From assembly GCA_963924565.1 (NCBI GenBank), contig OZ004609.1, forward strand, positions 17,360,001-17,424,000: a stretch of 64,000 nucleotides of DNA, given 5' to 3'. Shown here one piece after another: positions 36,701 to 51,700 of this stretch. The position numbers and the translations under genes are program-made. Origin of the DNA: Ascidiella aspersa. Its lineage: Eukaryota. The notes under the pieces were generated by a model. It made no database searches, had not been told where the DNA came from, and saw nothing but the letters and a program-made list of their open reading frames with translations. Every line of letters begins with the position of its first letter. The first letter of the stretch is position 1.

Positions 36701-39700
36701 TGAGCAATGCTAGTTCCAGTTACCTTCGAGTGTCGTGGGAAAAACCAAAGCATTCAACTTACGTTGTGGTTAGCTTACATGAGTTCAAATCGTCTAGTGA
36801 TACCGTGGTAAGTTAACTCGCGTTGTCTCAAACTGCTTTAGGTGAAATCTTATAATCTAAGGCCTAAGCGAAGTATAATTTTGAATATTATTTGGTAGAC
36901 TCCAAGTAGTTCCATAAGTAGGATTACCATACGTCCCGCTTTGGGAAGACAGTCCTGGTTTTTAAGCTTTGTCCCGACATACCGAATATATAGTTAACAA
37001 AAATATTACGCTTTTTAGTCAGCCAACATTTACACACTTTAACAGATGTAAGTTTGCTGGTATTGGTTTGTTTTGCCAACTTGATGAAAGTAATACCTGA
37101 AGTCCTGATTGCATTCCACTGCCTTTCCGCCAGAGATGTGTGGCGTTGAATGCTCGCCCAAAATCACGCCAGTGACATCATTTGGCGTTATATGTCGCCT
37201 GAATTGTCATTTTTGGCGTATATATCGTCTTACTTTGACTAAGGATTTCAACCGAAAAAACTTTTGGCGTAAATTTTCGGATTTTTCAAATTATGGAATG
37301 CAGTCAGGTCTGAAGTGCGAGTTTATTTCCTTGCGTTAAATGTGAATGTAATTGTGACGTCACTATAGCGTATAATTTGCCCAGTGGTATGTTAGTAGGA
37401 GGTTGTTATAGTCTCTGACGATAGGTGTTCAACATAGTTCTATACTACTTAAAACAAAAGATAATTCTGCTGTAGATTTGGTTACTTTATGCGTCTTATG
37501 TATGTTTCCATAGTTGTCTTGATAGTGAAGGCGGTACTTTTTGCAGTGAAATTAAGTCAAGATAAACGAGAAAGCCTTGTTTAGCTGTTTGCGAACTGTT
37601 TTTGAATGTTTTTAAATATAAGTTTTTGAAGGCAAACTTTCTCGCGGAAATTATTTGACTACTTATTTCGTTGTAAACAATCGGCATACTTTAGTCCTTT
37701 TTTCAATTGCACCATCGCGCGAGATTTTACAGGAAACAAATGCCGCTTTAAGTTGAATGTTTTGTGACCTCACGCTATGACTAATTTTGCTGATATCATA
37801 CTTAATTGACCACGAAAATGCTGGATCGGGTGACCATTAGAAAGCGTACCGATTTTAAATAAAAAAACATGGTACGGTCAGCCTATCTATACTCTATATG
37901 TTACCTTTGTAGAAAGTAGGAAGTTTCAACACGTCGACTACCTCGCAGTATTTTCTGGACTTACTTCCAGCTACCAAGTATCTCATCCAGCTTCAAGCTT
38001 ACAACATACTTTCGTCAAGCAAAATGCTCCAGACTTCACTGTATTCAAGTAACTCTATAGGACAAACTTTAGCAGATTTTATCTCCTACTGTCAGTAGAA
38101 CGAATTTTCCTGTTTTTTTGAAAACGTGCCAGTTGATTAATTATTAAACCACGATATAAAACAGTGAAATAAATAGAGACTCGACCTTTCACAGTATAAT
38201 TAGGTATTTCACACTTCCATTAATCGTTTTGTGATGAATATTGCCCATTTTGTCGACACCAACTACATTTTCGATTTAAAATGAACATCACTTAAAATAA
38301 ATCGTCCATTACAATAAAAAAACTTTTTTCGTTACTAAATCATAATAAAATACTTTTATCGCCCAGAACTCCCCATTACGGCTAACATTCGTATTTCGAA
38401 TGTAACTGATCACAGCGTGTTCGCGCAATGGAGTCCGGTGAAGGGCGCTCTTAGGTATCGGATTGTCTTACGAAATTACCACGATGACCAAATTGTCAAG
38501 GTTTGTTGTTAAACAAAATTAGTTGATGTATACAACGACGTCAATGATAAGTTGCAATCGATTTTTACTTTAGGTCTTATTAGTTATTGTAACTTTTGTT
38601 CTAGTATTCTGTTTTAAGTTTTTAGTACAACGTAATAATAAACAAATAATGGATTTTTTTAAATGTTTGCAAAAGCTATTGATTACACAAAAAGTATTCA
38701 GATTTGAGCAAACCGATAATTATTTAATTTTAAATTATAATTACTACGTTTTTCGTAGGCCTACTGGTACATTGTATTTTCAATCATCGATTTTATCTAA
38801 CAATTACAGTTACCCAAGGGCCCCGATGGAAGAAAGCGGTATATGGTGTGTATACAACCCCATCGTACCGCTAACACTTACCCGTGTATTTCACCAAATG
38901 AAATACCGTCCATTTCAATAAACTAACAAACGTTTGGAATGTATTCGACTAATATTCGTTTATACGATTTTATGAATCCATTCATCCTGTCAGTGTGTAC
39001 TCATTTTTTTTTAACGTGTATAAACCTGCTTTGACGCAAGTTTATTAACTTTCTGTTTTTACTTGCATGTCAGTTTGTACTAATGTCACAAACTATGAGG
39101 TCACCAAATTATGTACCATGGTTCACATACTGTTACGTAATTGTTTACATATTATCAGTTTCGAATTTTAAAACATGGTGTTCTCTGTGAAGAAATGTTT
39201 GGTGACCCCTTGTATATACGACAGGCTATGGCCAGTCTGTGGGCTTCGTTTCATCCTTCATTTGGCTATGAAAACGAAGCATAGGGGAGAAATGTCGCCG
39301 TGTATGATTGCAATATATCTGATTCGCACTGATTTGCATTCACCTAAATCAAAAAATTCAAATGGTAACTTGTGGAATTCTTACACTCCCTTTTAGGACT
39401 ATAAGGTGGTGAAGACCAGTTATAAGCTTGATGATTTGTCGTCAGCCTCAAAGTACAAATTGGAAATTATCGCGCAAAACGATGAAACTGACAGTTTACC
39501 AGGGATGGAGATCGTATATACAAGCAAGTTATTCAATTTCTGTGATATACATTAATTTATATATATATATGCAAAAAAGTATAAATTAAGAAGAAAGATA
39601 CCAACACTTTACCTTTGCCGTACATGCCCCTTATACCGTTTATCGTACATATTTACCGTACAGTTATTCCATCCCCTCTATTGTTTTGTTTTTGATACTT

Positions 39701-42700
39701 TAGGTAATATATTTAAATATATTCATACTAATATGAGTTGAATGTTTCAAAATTAAATTTATCATCTGCGAATTTGTTGTTAATTGCGAACTCTTAAGAA
39801 TGTGTTTATTCAACTCAAGTTTTCCCGTAATAAAGTGGAAATACGCGCCCTGAGTTTTAGTTCTCATATCAAATGAGGTTGTATAAAAGTCGTTTTCGAA
39901 AATTTATTCCAGGACTGAAGAAGATGACAGCATTAAACGTCGACAAAGAGTACGTACAGGATAGGTCGCTAGTGGTTCGCTGGGACCCTGTTGGGGGCGC
40001 CGAGTGGTACGAGATCCAAATCGAACCCAATACCGTCGGCGTGTCGGGTATCGGGGATATCGAAAAGCGGCAGTACACGAGGATCGAGAACCTGACCCCT
40101 GGAACTTCGTACCTTATTACAGCGGTGGCAAAGAATCACAGGATTTTCGACACCGCCAGTTTGCCGGCAACCGTTGAGCAGTTTACAAGTAATGGTGGAA
40201 TCAATCTTAATTCAATGTTACTTAAAATAGACTGTTTTTACGTTTTTTATGCCGATGTAATACCTGAATGTCTTTTAAACATCGACCAAAAGGCCAAAAA
40301 GTTGCGTTTGAAGTACCGGGTTTATTTTTGTGTAATGTAACATATAATGTTTGATTTTGTTCCCCGGCAGGACTGTCAAAACCTCACAACCTAACAGCTT
40401 CCTATAACAACGTCAGTCACTCATCAATGACAGTCACGTGGTCACCTGTGCCACATGCGAAAATCTACCAGTTACTGGTGTACGACTGTAGTGGAGTGGA
40501 TCGCACCACTATGACAAATGGTATTTCGTTTTTATATAAACGACGATAAACCCATTTTACCTCCATACCTGTTGTACGTAACAGTTAAATAAATATAGAA
40601 TACTGTATGCCTATAGAACGATGAGTCGTCTACAGCACTAAATACTTCGCCCTTCGAATATATTTTATCTATTCGTAACAGACATATTTCTATTCGAAAC
40701 AAACATACTTATGATTACTTGGATTAGAAGAGATATGAACAGTCTCATAACGCGTCTTTTTTTACAGGTGTAGTGAAAAGGCCCATTATCACGAATGTTC
40801 TTCCGAACAAGTATCAAAAGTACAGAAACTACTGGTTGTATTCCTACCCAAAAGTACAAACTCTGAGCCTAAAGTGCGAGCAGGCCTTCGATAGCGTTGA
40901 AGACGCCTTGCTACAAGGTGAAAAGTATTAAGTTTTAGTAAATTGTGTTTCATGTTATTTTTGTTGCTCAGTACTAAACTGTTGTGTAGGGAACACGTTG
41001 CTCCGAAACAGTCTCAATAATGAACTCATATGCTACATAAGCGTTTTATTAGCAGTATGAATAACGGATCCTAATCCAAATCCACTATATGGGCCAACAG
41101 GTAAACCATACATTGCACAACGCTTTGTTGAATGTAGTCCTCTTATTATAATACAGGCGCAACACACCTCCCAAGTAAAGTGAAAGGCCAAGGATTTGTG
41201 ACGTCAAATGTTGTCACTCTTACAAACATGAGGCCGGGCGTTAAGTACGAAATCATTGTTGTATCTGGAGCAAACGAGACCAGAAGCAACCCTAGTCGGA
41301 TACTACAATACACCAGTAAGCCTTTTTCAACATAGATCACAAGTTTGCGTTTACAGCTATTCGTGTAATTACAATTTATTCGGGATTTTTCAATACTAAC
41401 TTCTAAACCAAATTTTGAGAGGCTTAGTTGCTATTATATTTGCATTTGACAATGTTTTTTTACCTAACGGAAGGAACGGATCTATTTTTTTCAAGGGAGT
41501 ATAACAAAATAGCAGCACAGGGTTTGTTGATACTTAACGGTTAACACTGTAAAAGATAAGATAAGTGCAGCGACACTTGCTGTGCTCAGACTTTTAAAGT
41601 GAAATCGAAGCTAACACCTGTCTAGATACCATTGATAATAATTATCTTGTGCTTAATGTTTGCCAACCCGTTTGTTTTGCTTTGGACACATTGTAATTCT
41701 CAGTCAACCGATTTCTTGTGACGCAGAGCTAACGACACCGGCCAAATACACAATCGATCCCAAACGGATTGAACCTTTCTCTGTCTATCTGACTTGGAAT
41801 CAGGTTCTAGGTGCCAATTACTATCGCCTGGATATTTTTACTACACCTGTTGTTGAACGTGCATCGAAGTTAAAGATGGGTATGTCCTGCCTTGGCTTTA
41901 ATTTAAAGCAATTGAAATTACATTATCCTGTTACCTTATCCCAAGTGAATATAGCATGTGTTCTCAACCTTTTCTTACCGCGTATCCTTAATTTACTTTA
42001 GTTATACCGGAATTTCTCGTGAAATGCTTGCATGTTTGTATTTATAGGTTTGCTAGTTGCTTTATCGTTAAATTACTGTACCAATATAGTGGTGTGTGAA
42101 CACAGGTTGAGAACCCCTGCAAAATGTGGTATTGGGTTAGGCAGACGATAGTGGTTTAATAACATGTGTGCGTTACTTTTCTGCAGCTTCCATCCAACAA
42201 AAGTACGTGCATACCATCAACGTAACGGGTCTTTTTGTGAAAGCCGGGCCACTGAACCCCTCAACGAATTACACTTTTATGTTAACTGGTAAGAATATTT
42301 CCTGCTTATATTTATTTTTACTTAATCAACTCCTTTAAATCAAACGTAATAGGCGAACAGTGTTCCTTAAATATTGTATTAAGTTTTGGTTGTGTTTGGT
42401 TATCTTACTTTTACGAAAATCGCAAACATTCTTTATTTAAAAGCGTGCAACAGTGACACAGAAAGCTTCCCAACTAGCACTTCGACGTTCACCCTTCTGC
42501 CTCGACCTTCTGCTTTTAATGCTGAGAACGTAACAACTAACACGATCCTGGTGCAATGGTCGTCAGTCAACCAAGCCATGTACTACAATGTCACCTATAC
42601 AGCGGGCAGCAATAGAGGGAAGCGTAAGTTGTTTACCTTATTGTATAGGGTTGGGAACTTAAGGTAACATTTTCAGCTTTTGCATATACATTGGCATTAC

Positions 42701-45700
42701 ACAGTTTGTATGCTGTTCATAAACACGAGCTTTAATTTAGTTCGTTTCTGCTCGTTCTCGTGTTTCCCAGACTCGCGCAATTCGGGTTGATAAAATTAGC
42801 ACATTAATAATTTATTGTCTATTACGAGCATCACCTCGTTAACTATTAAACGAGTTTTGCAATTCGACGCCATATTTTAAAACCTCCACAGGCTGGTACC
42901 AACTTTATACGTACTTTGAATTATACTTAGGTTACTGTCACAATTTTTTTTAATGTATCCAGGTGAACATTACGGTATATGTATCAATAAAGGACAATCA
43001 ATTGCATACCATACGACTTGTCTTTTTTGCGCAGTGAGTTGTATATGCTCTGGAGCCAAATGGGAGTAGAGCCTAATACTTTTTATTATGTGTCATATAC
43101 AGGAATATATAACGTATTTTTTTAATCTAGAGTAGACATATCCTACTTTTAAATTTGTGAACATAAGGAACGGTGAATCCAGACCCTCAACGAAAAAAAT
43201 GTGACTCAGGATAAACACCGAAGTAATGAAGGAAACTCACGTGACTTCATACTTTACCCACCCCTATCGTTTCATATTGAAAATAAAGAGGTTGTAAAAA
43301 CGCCCACAGTTAAATTGCCTTTAACCACAACCGCAGGTCAAAACCCACATTCAAAAAATGTGTCGACACCAATGATATTCCTCAACCACCTGCTTCCTAA
43401 CACGCTTTACTCGATGTACATCACTGCACAGAACAAATATACCAGAAGCGTTCCGGTAAAATTCGCCAAGTACACAGGTAAGCAATCATGTGCTCACTGC
43501 CTGTAAACGGTTATAGTAATATTAGTAAAGTCGTGTAATTTGTTTCAGAACTTCCGGTCCCCGAAAACTTTACAGTTGCTCGAGTTACCGACTCTTTCAT
43601 TTACCTCACTTGGTCAGATGTGGAAGCAAGAAAAACTTTCGAGTAGGTTTAACAACATTTCTTTCTATTTCGGACAAATGACTACACTTGACTTAAGTCA
43701 TTTGGACAACTCACTTGGGTTGAAATGAGGTGTTTTCTTTAAGAATTTTTTTTATAAAATTGAGCTAATTATTTAAATGTTTGCACATAAAACAAATTGC
43801 TTGCTATATGTTGCGTTGCTCTAATTATGACTTGACTGGGACTTGACTTGCGCAACTGATGACTTGGACTGGGACTGGACTTGACTTGTTATTTATTTAT
43901 AAAGACTTGCCTTGGGCTTAAGCTATTTTACAAATGACTTAACTGGGACTCAATTCATTTCAAAATGAATTGTTTCCAACACTGAGGTTAATATGGTAAA
44001 CGTTATTTGTAAATCTTTCAAGAAGAAATTTGAGAAAAAGAAGTTAAATAAACTAATAAGATTTATTAAGAAAAAATATTTAAATATCAATTAAATTTAA
44101 ATGTAATTTTAACTGTATTTAAAAACGTTGACGAAACAATAAGCTATTGTAAATACCTTATGACTTGTTGAAACACTTCATACAGCTTAAGTACAAAAAT
44201 AGACCATTCTGACAGTTGTCATGTTTATGTTTGTGAGTAGACACAGCTAAGTAAAAACGTTGTTATTTAACTCCAATACTGTTTAATTTTTCAACTATGC
44301 AGCATAGCCTACGTGCGCTATCCAAAGGTTCCCGAAACCTTTCGCGAAAGTTCAGACAAACCCGAGAAAGCGCTCGGTCCCCTTGCAGCCAACACTCCCT
44401 ACCGTATCTGGCTGCGTTCCGCTAATTTGCACACTACGAGCAAAGTGTTGGAGAAAGTCCAATACACAAGTAAGTGTAATACAAAGAAAGAAAATTTCCT
44501 AATATTTTAAATTTTTTAGCGATTGCTTTTTCCCTATTTTTTAGAATTAAGATCTCCGCAGCAAGTTTCCTTCAAGTCTGTTGTGGACAGTGAAAAAAAG
44601 CTTCGCATTCGATGGCAACTGGTCGAAGACGCTGATTTATATAAGTAAGAAAAAGTAAAGTTAATGAAAAATTTAAAACTTATAGGTCTTACTAAGTATT
44701 CACATTAAAATTCTCATTGAAGTTATGTGTATAGTTAACATTATTCTCAGTAAAAGTGTTTTTTACTGTGTGATGTTATAACAGCCTTGTGGTGATTCCA
44801 CTTTACAACGAATCCCAGCCAGGATCAGCTGAGTCGATCCCGGCCTCACTTCTTACAGACGTCATTGAAGTTGGAAAGTCGAAAACACGACAGAAACGAA
44901 GCGAAACGTCACCTGGGTGCGTACAGGATTGCGAAATACGGAACTTGTTCATATTTTTAACGATACATATATATAGGGGACTTAGTATATTATATAACCT
45001 CTTTGTTATGCATCTTGTTTCACCTTTGTTTTCGTGTAAATATGCCCAACTCGAATCGAATCACAACCAGCGGGCAGCTGACTAGATGACTTAACAGTCT
45101 TTCGCCGCCCCCTGGGAGCTACGGACCCTTTCTGTTTTTATTCAATTTTTTGCATGTATTTACCATTGTTCTAAAATAAATGTAAATCCATCTATCTTAC
45201 TACTCATAAAACATTAAAACATGAAGAAACAGCAACACAAAACCTTTCTGCATACAACGACAGAAAAATCGTGCATATTACCTCTTTAGTGTTTATTTTC
45301 TAATGAACCGACTTTAAATAGAGAAACACACAGCCGTAAAAAGCGCGTCAAACGAAGTGAAGAAAGTCCGATCGCGAACAGCAACGCGATCAGCTACATT
45401 GACTACAGAAGCTTGAGAAAAAAGAAGAGCAGTTCCGGATTCGTGGAGGTTGAAAAGTCGCGCTCCTTCGCGAATATGAAAAATGAGTATCACGTCAACG
45501 TCACTTCTGGTGACGTCATTTTAAGCGCGCTCGAGTCGGCGGTAAATTATCGCGTAACCGTTCGGGCGATTAACGAGAATACGGACAGCGCGTCAGTGGT
45601 CATTCACAAGTTCACGGGTAAGAACTAGTGAGTTGTAGAATCATTTAATACTTGTATAAATGCACCTTTTGGATAATCATTAACATATTTAATAATTCTT

Positions 45701-48700
45701 ATATTTACTGTGGACCAGTGCTTCCCAACCTTTTATAGTCCGAGACCCACTTTTGTTTTATTATATATAAAAATATAAAATGACCACAATATAAAATGAC
45801 CAAACGAATAAAAAACAAATTAATGAGGAAATAAGATTAACATTTACATAATACCTGCATTTACAACTAACGTACGTACTGAAATAGTTAATGCGACTCA
45901 ACACATCTAATTGTTACGTATTTGTTACTATGTTGCATAAATGTTACGTAATGATAATGCAAAAATTTCCCGATCTAATAGAAAACTGTTAAATTTAGAA
46001 ATGCTTAGCGACCCACCCGAAATAGCTTCGACCCACTGGTTGGGAAGCACTGCTGTAGACTATAATATAACAGGGTGTATCTTTTGTATCTTTATTGAAT
46101 ATAAAGCGATTGAACTGTCTGCTTGTCGACTACTGTGTATATAAACAAGAAGAACTACATAGCTCTGCTTTTTGTCGTTATTAAAATTACAAGATAACTC
46201 ACACAGACTTGGAAACGCCGCAGTCGGTGGACACAAAGGATGTCACCAATGACACGTTTCTCGTGCGTTGGGTGAGCGTTGCCAAGGCGACCTACTACCA
46301 GGTTCGCATCATGCCCGAGACAAAAAGCTGGCTTCCGTCACTCTCCATACCTTCCGGGATCGGTAACACGACCAAAATTGAGGTGAGCATTTTTGTCAGA
46401 TTAACTGTTTACAATTGTATTATTTTAATGGCTGGAAATCATTGTTAGATGTAAAAGAAATATCAAGGCCGATAGTAAAATTGGTATCAATTTGTAAATA
46501 TTTCAAATTGATCTTTATTATTTATAACATGGTGCAATAAACCACTACTTTCGTCATTGTGCTGAAAATATATAAAGATTTTCGAAACCTTTACAAAATG
46601 CTACTAAGAGCCGGGTGCTTATGATTGTTTTCTTTTTCAGATGTCTGTACGTGGAATGCAACCAAACACGAATTACACCATATCGGTAATGGCGGGTAAC
46701 GATCACGTAACCAGCAAGAAGGCTTCAGTTTGGCATATAACAAGTAATACTAATCACTCAGCTAGTCAAGTCTAGAATGTGTGTAATAAGGTCTATAGGC
46801 TAGGCCTGCCCAACATATGGACCACAGTGATTGAGCACGAGGTCATGCTACCCTAAAACTATATTGCTTGCCAACCTTTCGTATTTAAATACAAAAGCAT
46901 TTTTTTTAATTCTTATGTGAATAATAACTATACAAAGTGCAATTTCTGTGAAGTTAGAATTGAAATGCCATTATTTAGAGCAGTGTCTCCCAAACTGTTT
47001 TGTACTAATGCCCCCCTTGCCTGAAGTGATTTTCGTAACGCCCCACGCCCTATCACTTGTTACAACACACCTGGGGACAGATTTAGAATGCTTGAATGGC
47101 GAGTTATATTGGTACGCTAACAGGTGCCTTATTAAAACAAAAACAGTAACTAGTAGTATGGTTTACACAGTATAATTTAAGGAACGATAAAACTTGTATC
47201 AACACCTCCTAATCTGGATTTGTCCCCTCCCCCCAATGTAAAAAAATTGCATACCAGTTAGCTTGAGAACAACACATGTTTGTAAGACTAATTGTTTTAT
47301 GTAACTTTGTAGCGTCATCCCTAAAATTTTCATTCGCCACGAGATTTGTAAAACCTAATGACTGATAACAAAAAAACAACAAGAGCAGGTATTTTTCTAT
47401 TCTTCTTAACCCGGCGATATGGAATGCACGTTACAATCGCTATATCAACCTTAGTGTGTTGCCCGTGAATTTATTTTTCAAGCTTGTAGTGGCCCTAGAC
47501 CATTTTGAGTTATGCAGGCCTGACTTAGAAAAATAAGCTATAGAGGCCGAATGAAAGGTTTATAGCATAAGTTTTAAAAACGAAATAGCATTACCCAGTT
47601 TAGGGAAATCCTGGATTTCTTATTTTTCATTTGTTTTTAGAGCCCGGAAAAGTCATTAAAGACATGTTTTTTAGGTGATACGTACAATTGTAAATATGAC
47701 AGGATTGGAAGAAATTCGTTGTTATGCGCTTTAGTAAAAAAGTTATAAAGTCACGAACATTTAATAATTTGTTAAAGAGGAACACAGTAAGAGTTTTCAC
47801 GGAACATTGAAAGCAACATTTTTGTTGTTTTTTGTAGACTAATAGCGCATGTTGTCATTTGAATTGTGGCACCATCTTAAAACATCATATACTATACGCA
47901 ATACGGTATCTGAATACAGTTGAAAGTTCACCTTCTTTGGCCAACCAATGGTGATATCTTAAGAGCTAAGTGTACTTTTAAAGCTCAAAAGTAAATTCAT
48001 ATAAACGATATATTATTTGATATTTTCAGTTTAAAAAATCACCCTATTTATTTCCACTTATCTTTGTCGTTGCAGAGTTGTCTCCTGTGGAGAATCTGCG
48101 CATTGTGCAATCCAGCGTCAAGCATGATCGCTTCCATTTAAAGTGGAGCCGAGTGCATTTTGCAACTAAATACGTCATACTCATTTCGTAAGCAAAGCTC
48201 CATATTTGGTATAAGTGTAAATACGCACCGAAGGTATAGCATCCTTAAGTTTAAATCCTACTTTATTGTGAACTTATAAATGTTTCACAAATCGGTCGTA
48301 TGGATTTTGGTCTTTATTATACAACATGGTGATTTGTGATATTATGTATCGTTGTCAGCACTTCATAGAATAAAATTATACTGGTTAATAATAATATCAG
48401 CGGATTGTTTTTTAGCTAACTTACTCCGTTGTTAAATATATTTGAAGCAGATTGTATTTAAGCCGTGGTTAGTGAGATGGCCCCGTATAGTGGAACAGTT
48501 AATATTCATTATGTTCGTGGTACTGAACGTAAATAGAAAATATTGTTTTGTTATTCGAACTTCTTTGTAGACCGCCTACGAAGGATCAACGCGAAAAATA
48601 CCAGGTGAGGAACGGAGCCACCGAAGTAACCCTGACCAAACTCAACTTCGGTACTAAATACCACGTCACCGTAATAGCGGAGAACGTTAGGACAACCGGT

Positions 48701-51700
48701 GTACAACGCGACATCTATCAGTTTACAAGTAAAAATACAAACTATATCAATTTATGAGAATTTTACGTCAATTAAAATATAATTTTTTATTGAAAGTGTT
48801 TTTCTATGTAGCAGTACATTATGTTTGTAGATATATTAATTAGCTACGTCTTCTTTGACATACATAGATTTTATTTATTTTTTAAACTCATGTATTAATC
48901 GTGATACGCATAACATTAGTTAAAATGGTCTACCAATGAAATATGTTCAGAAATCCTGTGGTTCAGCACTATTTATCTTGCAAGCTGAATTTGTTTTATA
49001 TAAACCGATATCTACGCCGAAAACACCAAATTAAGTGGTCGTGAAAGATTTTATTTGTCGTTATACCTCAAACAGATTATTGAATATGACGAAGTCATTT
49101 CTTCTTGTATTTTTTTAATTTAAACCGTTATCCATACCAGCAGTCACCAAATTATGGAGAATAATCTTCTGGCCCGCAACTATTCGGATCGGTAACATTT
49201 GTTGGATAAACAAAAAGACACATAAAAAAGACATCTATTTTTACATATGTTTTCTATGTTTAGTGTAAGTTAAGTCAATAAGTCAACAGAAAATGTTATA
49301 TCCGGCCCAAAAAGTTTGGTGACCCTTTTAACCTAAACTATCCTTGGTGTATTTTTGTTTAGAACTTTTGCCCCCGAGAAACGTCACGATTGTTCCTGCC
49401 TCTGTGACGTCATCAAGTTTCAATGTTCGTTGGCTCCGTGTACCTACTGCAGATGACTACCAAGTTATTATAGGAAACCGCACCAATGCAACCGCTTGGA
49501 TAATTCGAGTAAAACAGTAAGTTACAATGTAGAGCTAATTTTTTATCAATGTAGAGCTTATTTTTTTTTTAAATGGACAACATGGTGTTGCGCAAGATAT
49601 TTTTTATGTAGTTTCGCGAAAACAGATACTTTTAGAACGTTCCTTTTTTAAAGAACGGAACGTTAAGGCCTTATGTAAAAAAAATATTTAGAAAACATAT
49701 TTGTACACTTTTGTCTGTAACTAATCTTCAATAAAGTAATTTAAAAATCATTTTTAAAAATGCCCTAAAAAAATCTGGATTCGCCCTGCTTGTTGTGTGT
49801 GGCCCGCGTACAATCTGCAACGAATTTATATATGACTTGCAATACTAAGTTGATAGCGGTAGGTTAACAAGCCTATCCACCATTGAAGAAAAAACATTTA
49901 CTTCATTATTGTACCAGTTGAATGTATTACAACTAAATTTCGTTATTTTTCATATTTTTGAATTGTAATGGCGATGATGATAGATTGCTGTAAGGGGCGA
50001 CATGTATATAAGTTTAAGAACCACTGGTTTATTGGACTCCGTCAAACCGAACAAAAAATAACATCATCGTTGGAAAACAACACTTTCCGGGATTAGATTA
50101 AAGTGGGGCTAATACCTGTTTAATAGTCGCCCCTCACGGCAATTCATACATAACGGAATAAGGCGTAGCCTATATCGGAATAAGACTTGATCCCGTCACA
50201 ATACCCTCTACCTATACGGGTTTATAAGGCATCTAGGCTTATTCCGATGAAGGCCTTATTCTGTTATGCAGGCTTATTTCAAGGTGCAGTTATTTTTTTC
50301 GACGCTACCTGTTTGATTTAGATATTTTAGCTTATAGGTCTTATTTTATGTTCCTTGTTTATCGGTTAGCCCTGATTGTCATATACTTTCGCATTTAAAG
50401 CTTTGTTTGTGACTATAAGCTAGCGCCAAGTGGACTTGGATGCCTTTAAGAATGCAACTGTTTCTAGCCTAGGCATTTTACAAGTAGAATCTATACCTAC
50501 AGACCGTTGCACAAACTACAAGTATACCAAGTTGGCCCTGTACTGGTTTCTCGGGTTATACTTAAATAATTATGTCAAAGTATAACACACTTTCTTAAAG
50601 TCATTCTAAATCTTCTTTAAAATAAAAGCTGCCCTTAGTTCTTTGTAGTATTGCTAGTTCCGGTACTATTTATGCATGATGAAAGATATGCATTATGCAA
50701 AGCAGCACTACTAGGATACAACGTTAAAATGCAATGTTTTTTCTTACTATACGTTTTATCAACATATTTTCTGTTTAACAACTGCTTATTCAGGCACCAA
50801 CAACCCTATTTTAACAGTCTCTTTTTTACCCGAGTGGAACATTCTTCAATTTAAACTGGTGTTTTACATAACATGAGTTTAGGAACTCTTGTTTTTTTCA
50901 GAACTGTGGCTGTTATAAATGGGCTAAGTTCGGGTGAACTTTATAATGTAACTGTGACTGCCCACAACTTAAAACACAAAACTTTCAGCGACCCTGTCTC
51001 CGTACAAAATTTTACAAGTAAGTTGGGTTATTTTTTGCAAATAGGATGTTAGTCAATGTTCAGTGAAGCTTATCGTTTTTAAACAATGGTAGCAGGGCGA
51101 CCGCAACTCGATATTTATGCAATGATGAGCGTTAACCTAATTTGTTTAATAAACATAAAATTTCGTTATAAATAGTAGTTGCATAAGGTGCAAAATATAA
51201 ATTATTTTGTCAGAAAACGTATAAACGCCGAAATAAACTCCGCCGCTTTTATTAATGTGAAGCCTTATATTGCTGCTATACTTACAGAACTAAAAACTCC
51301 GGAGAACTTTACAATTTCCGATGATGACGTCACCGCTACTTCATTGATAGTGTCCTGGGATCCGGTACCTTTAGCAAAGGAATACATCGTGATTGTGGGG
51401 GTTGAAACCAGGGAGGATGACGATTACGAGTAAAACGATTTTTTAATTTTTGTGTAATCGTCTTGCATTTAACTGTATTTAGTTTTTTGTATTTATAAAC
51501 AAACCGTTAAACACTAATTTAACATTATACCATTTTTTCAAGGATATTTCTGCACATTAAGAAAAAGCACTTCCGCATATCCACCACATCTGTGTTTGTG
51601 AGGGATCTTCGCCCTGCATCATACTACTTGGTGGCGCTAAAGGCGGTTAACAAAGACACAGAGAGCTACACGGTCCTCCTCAACAAGTTCACAAGTATGT

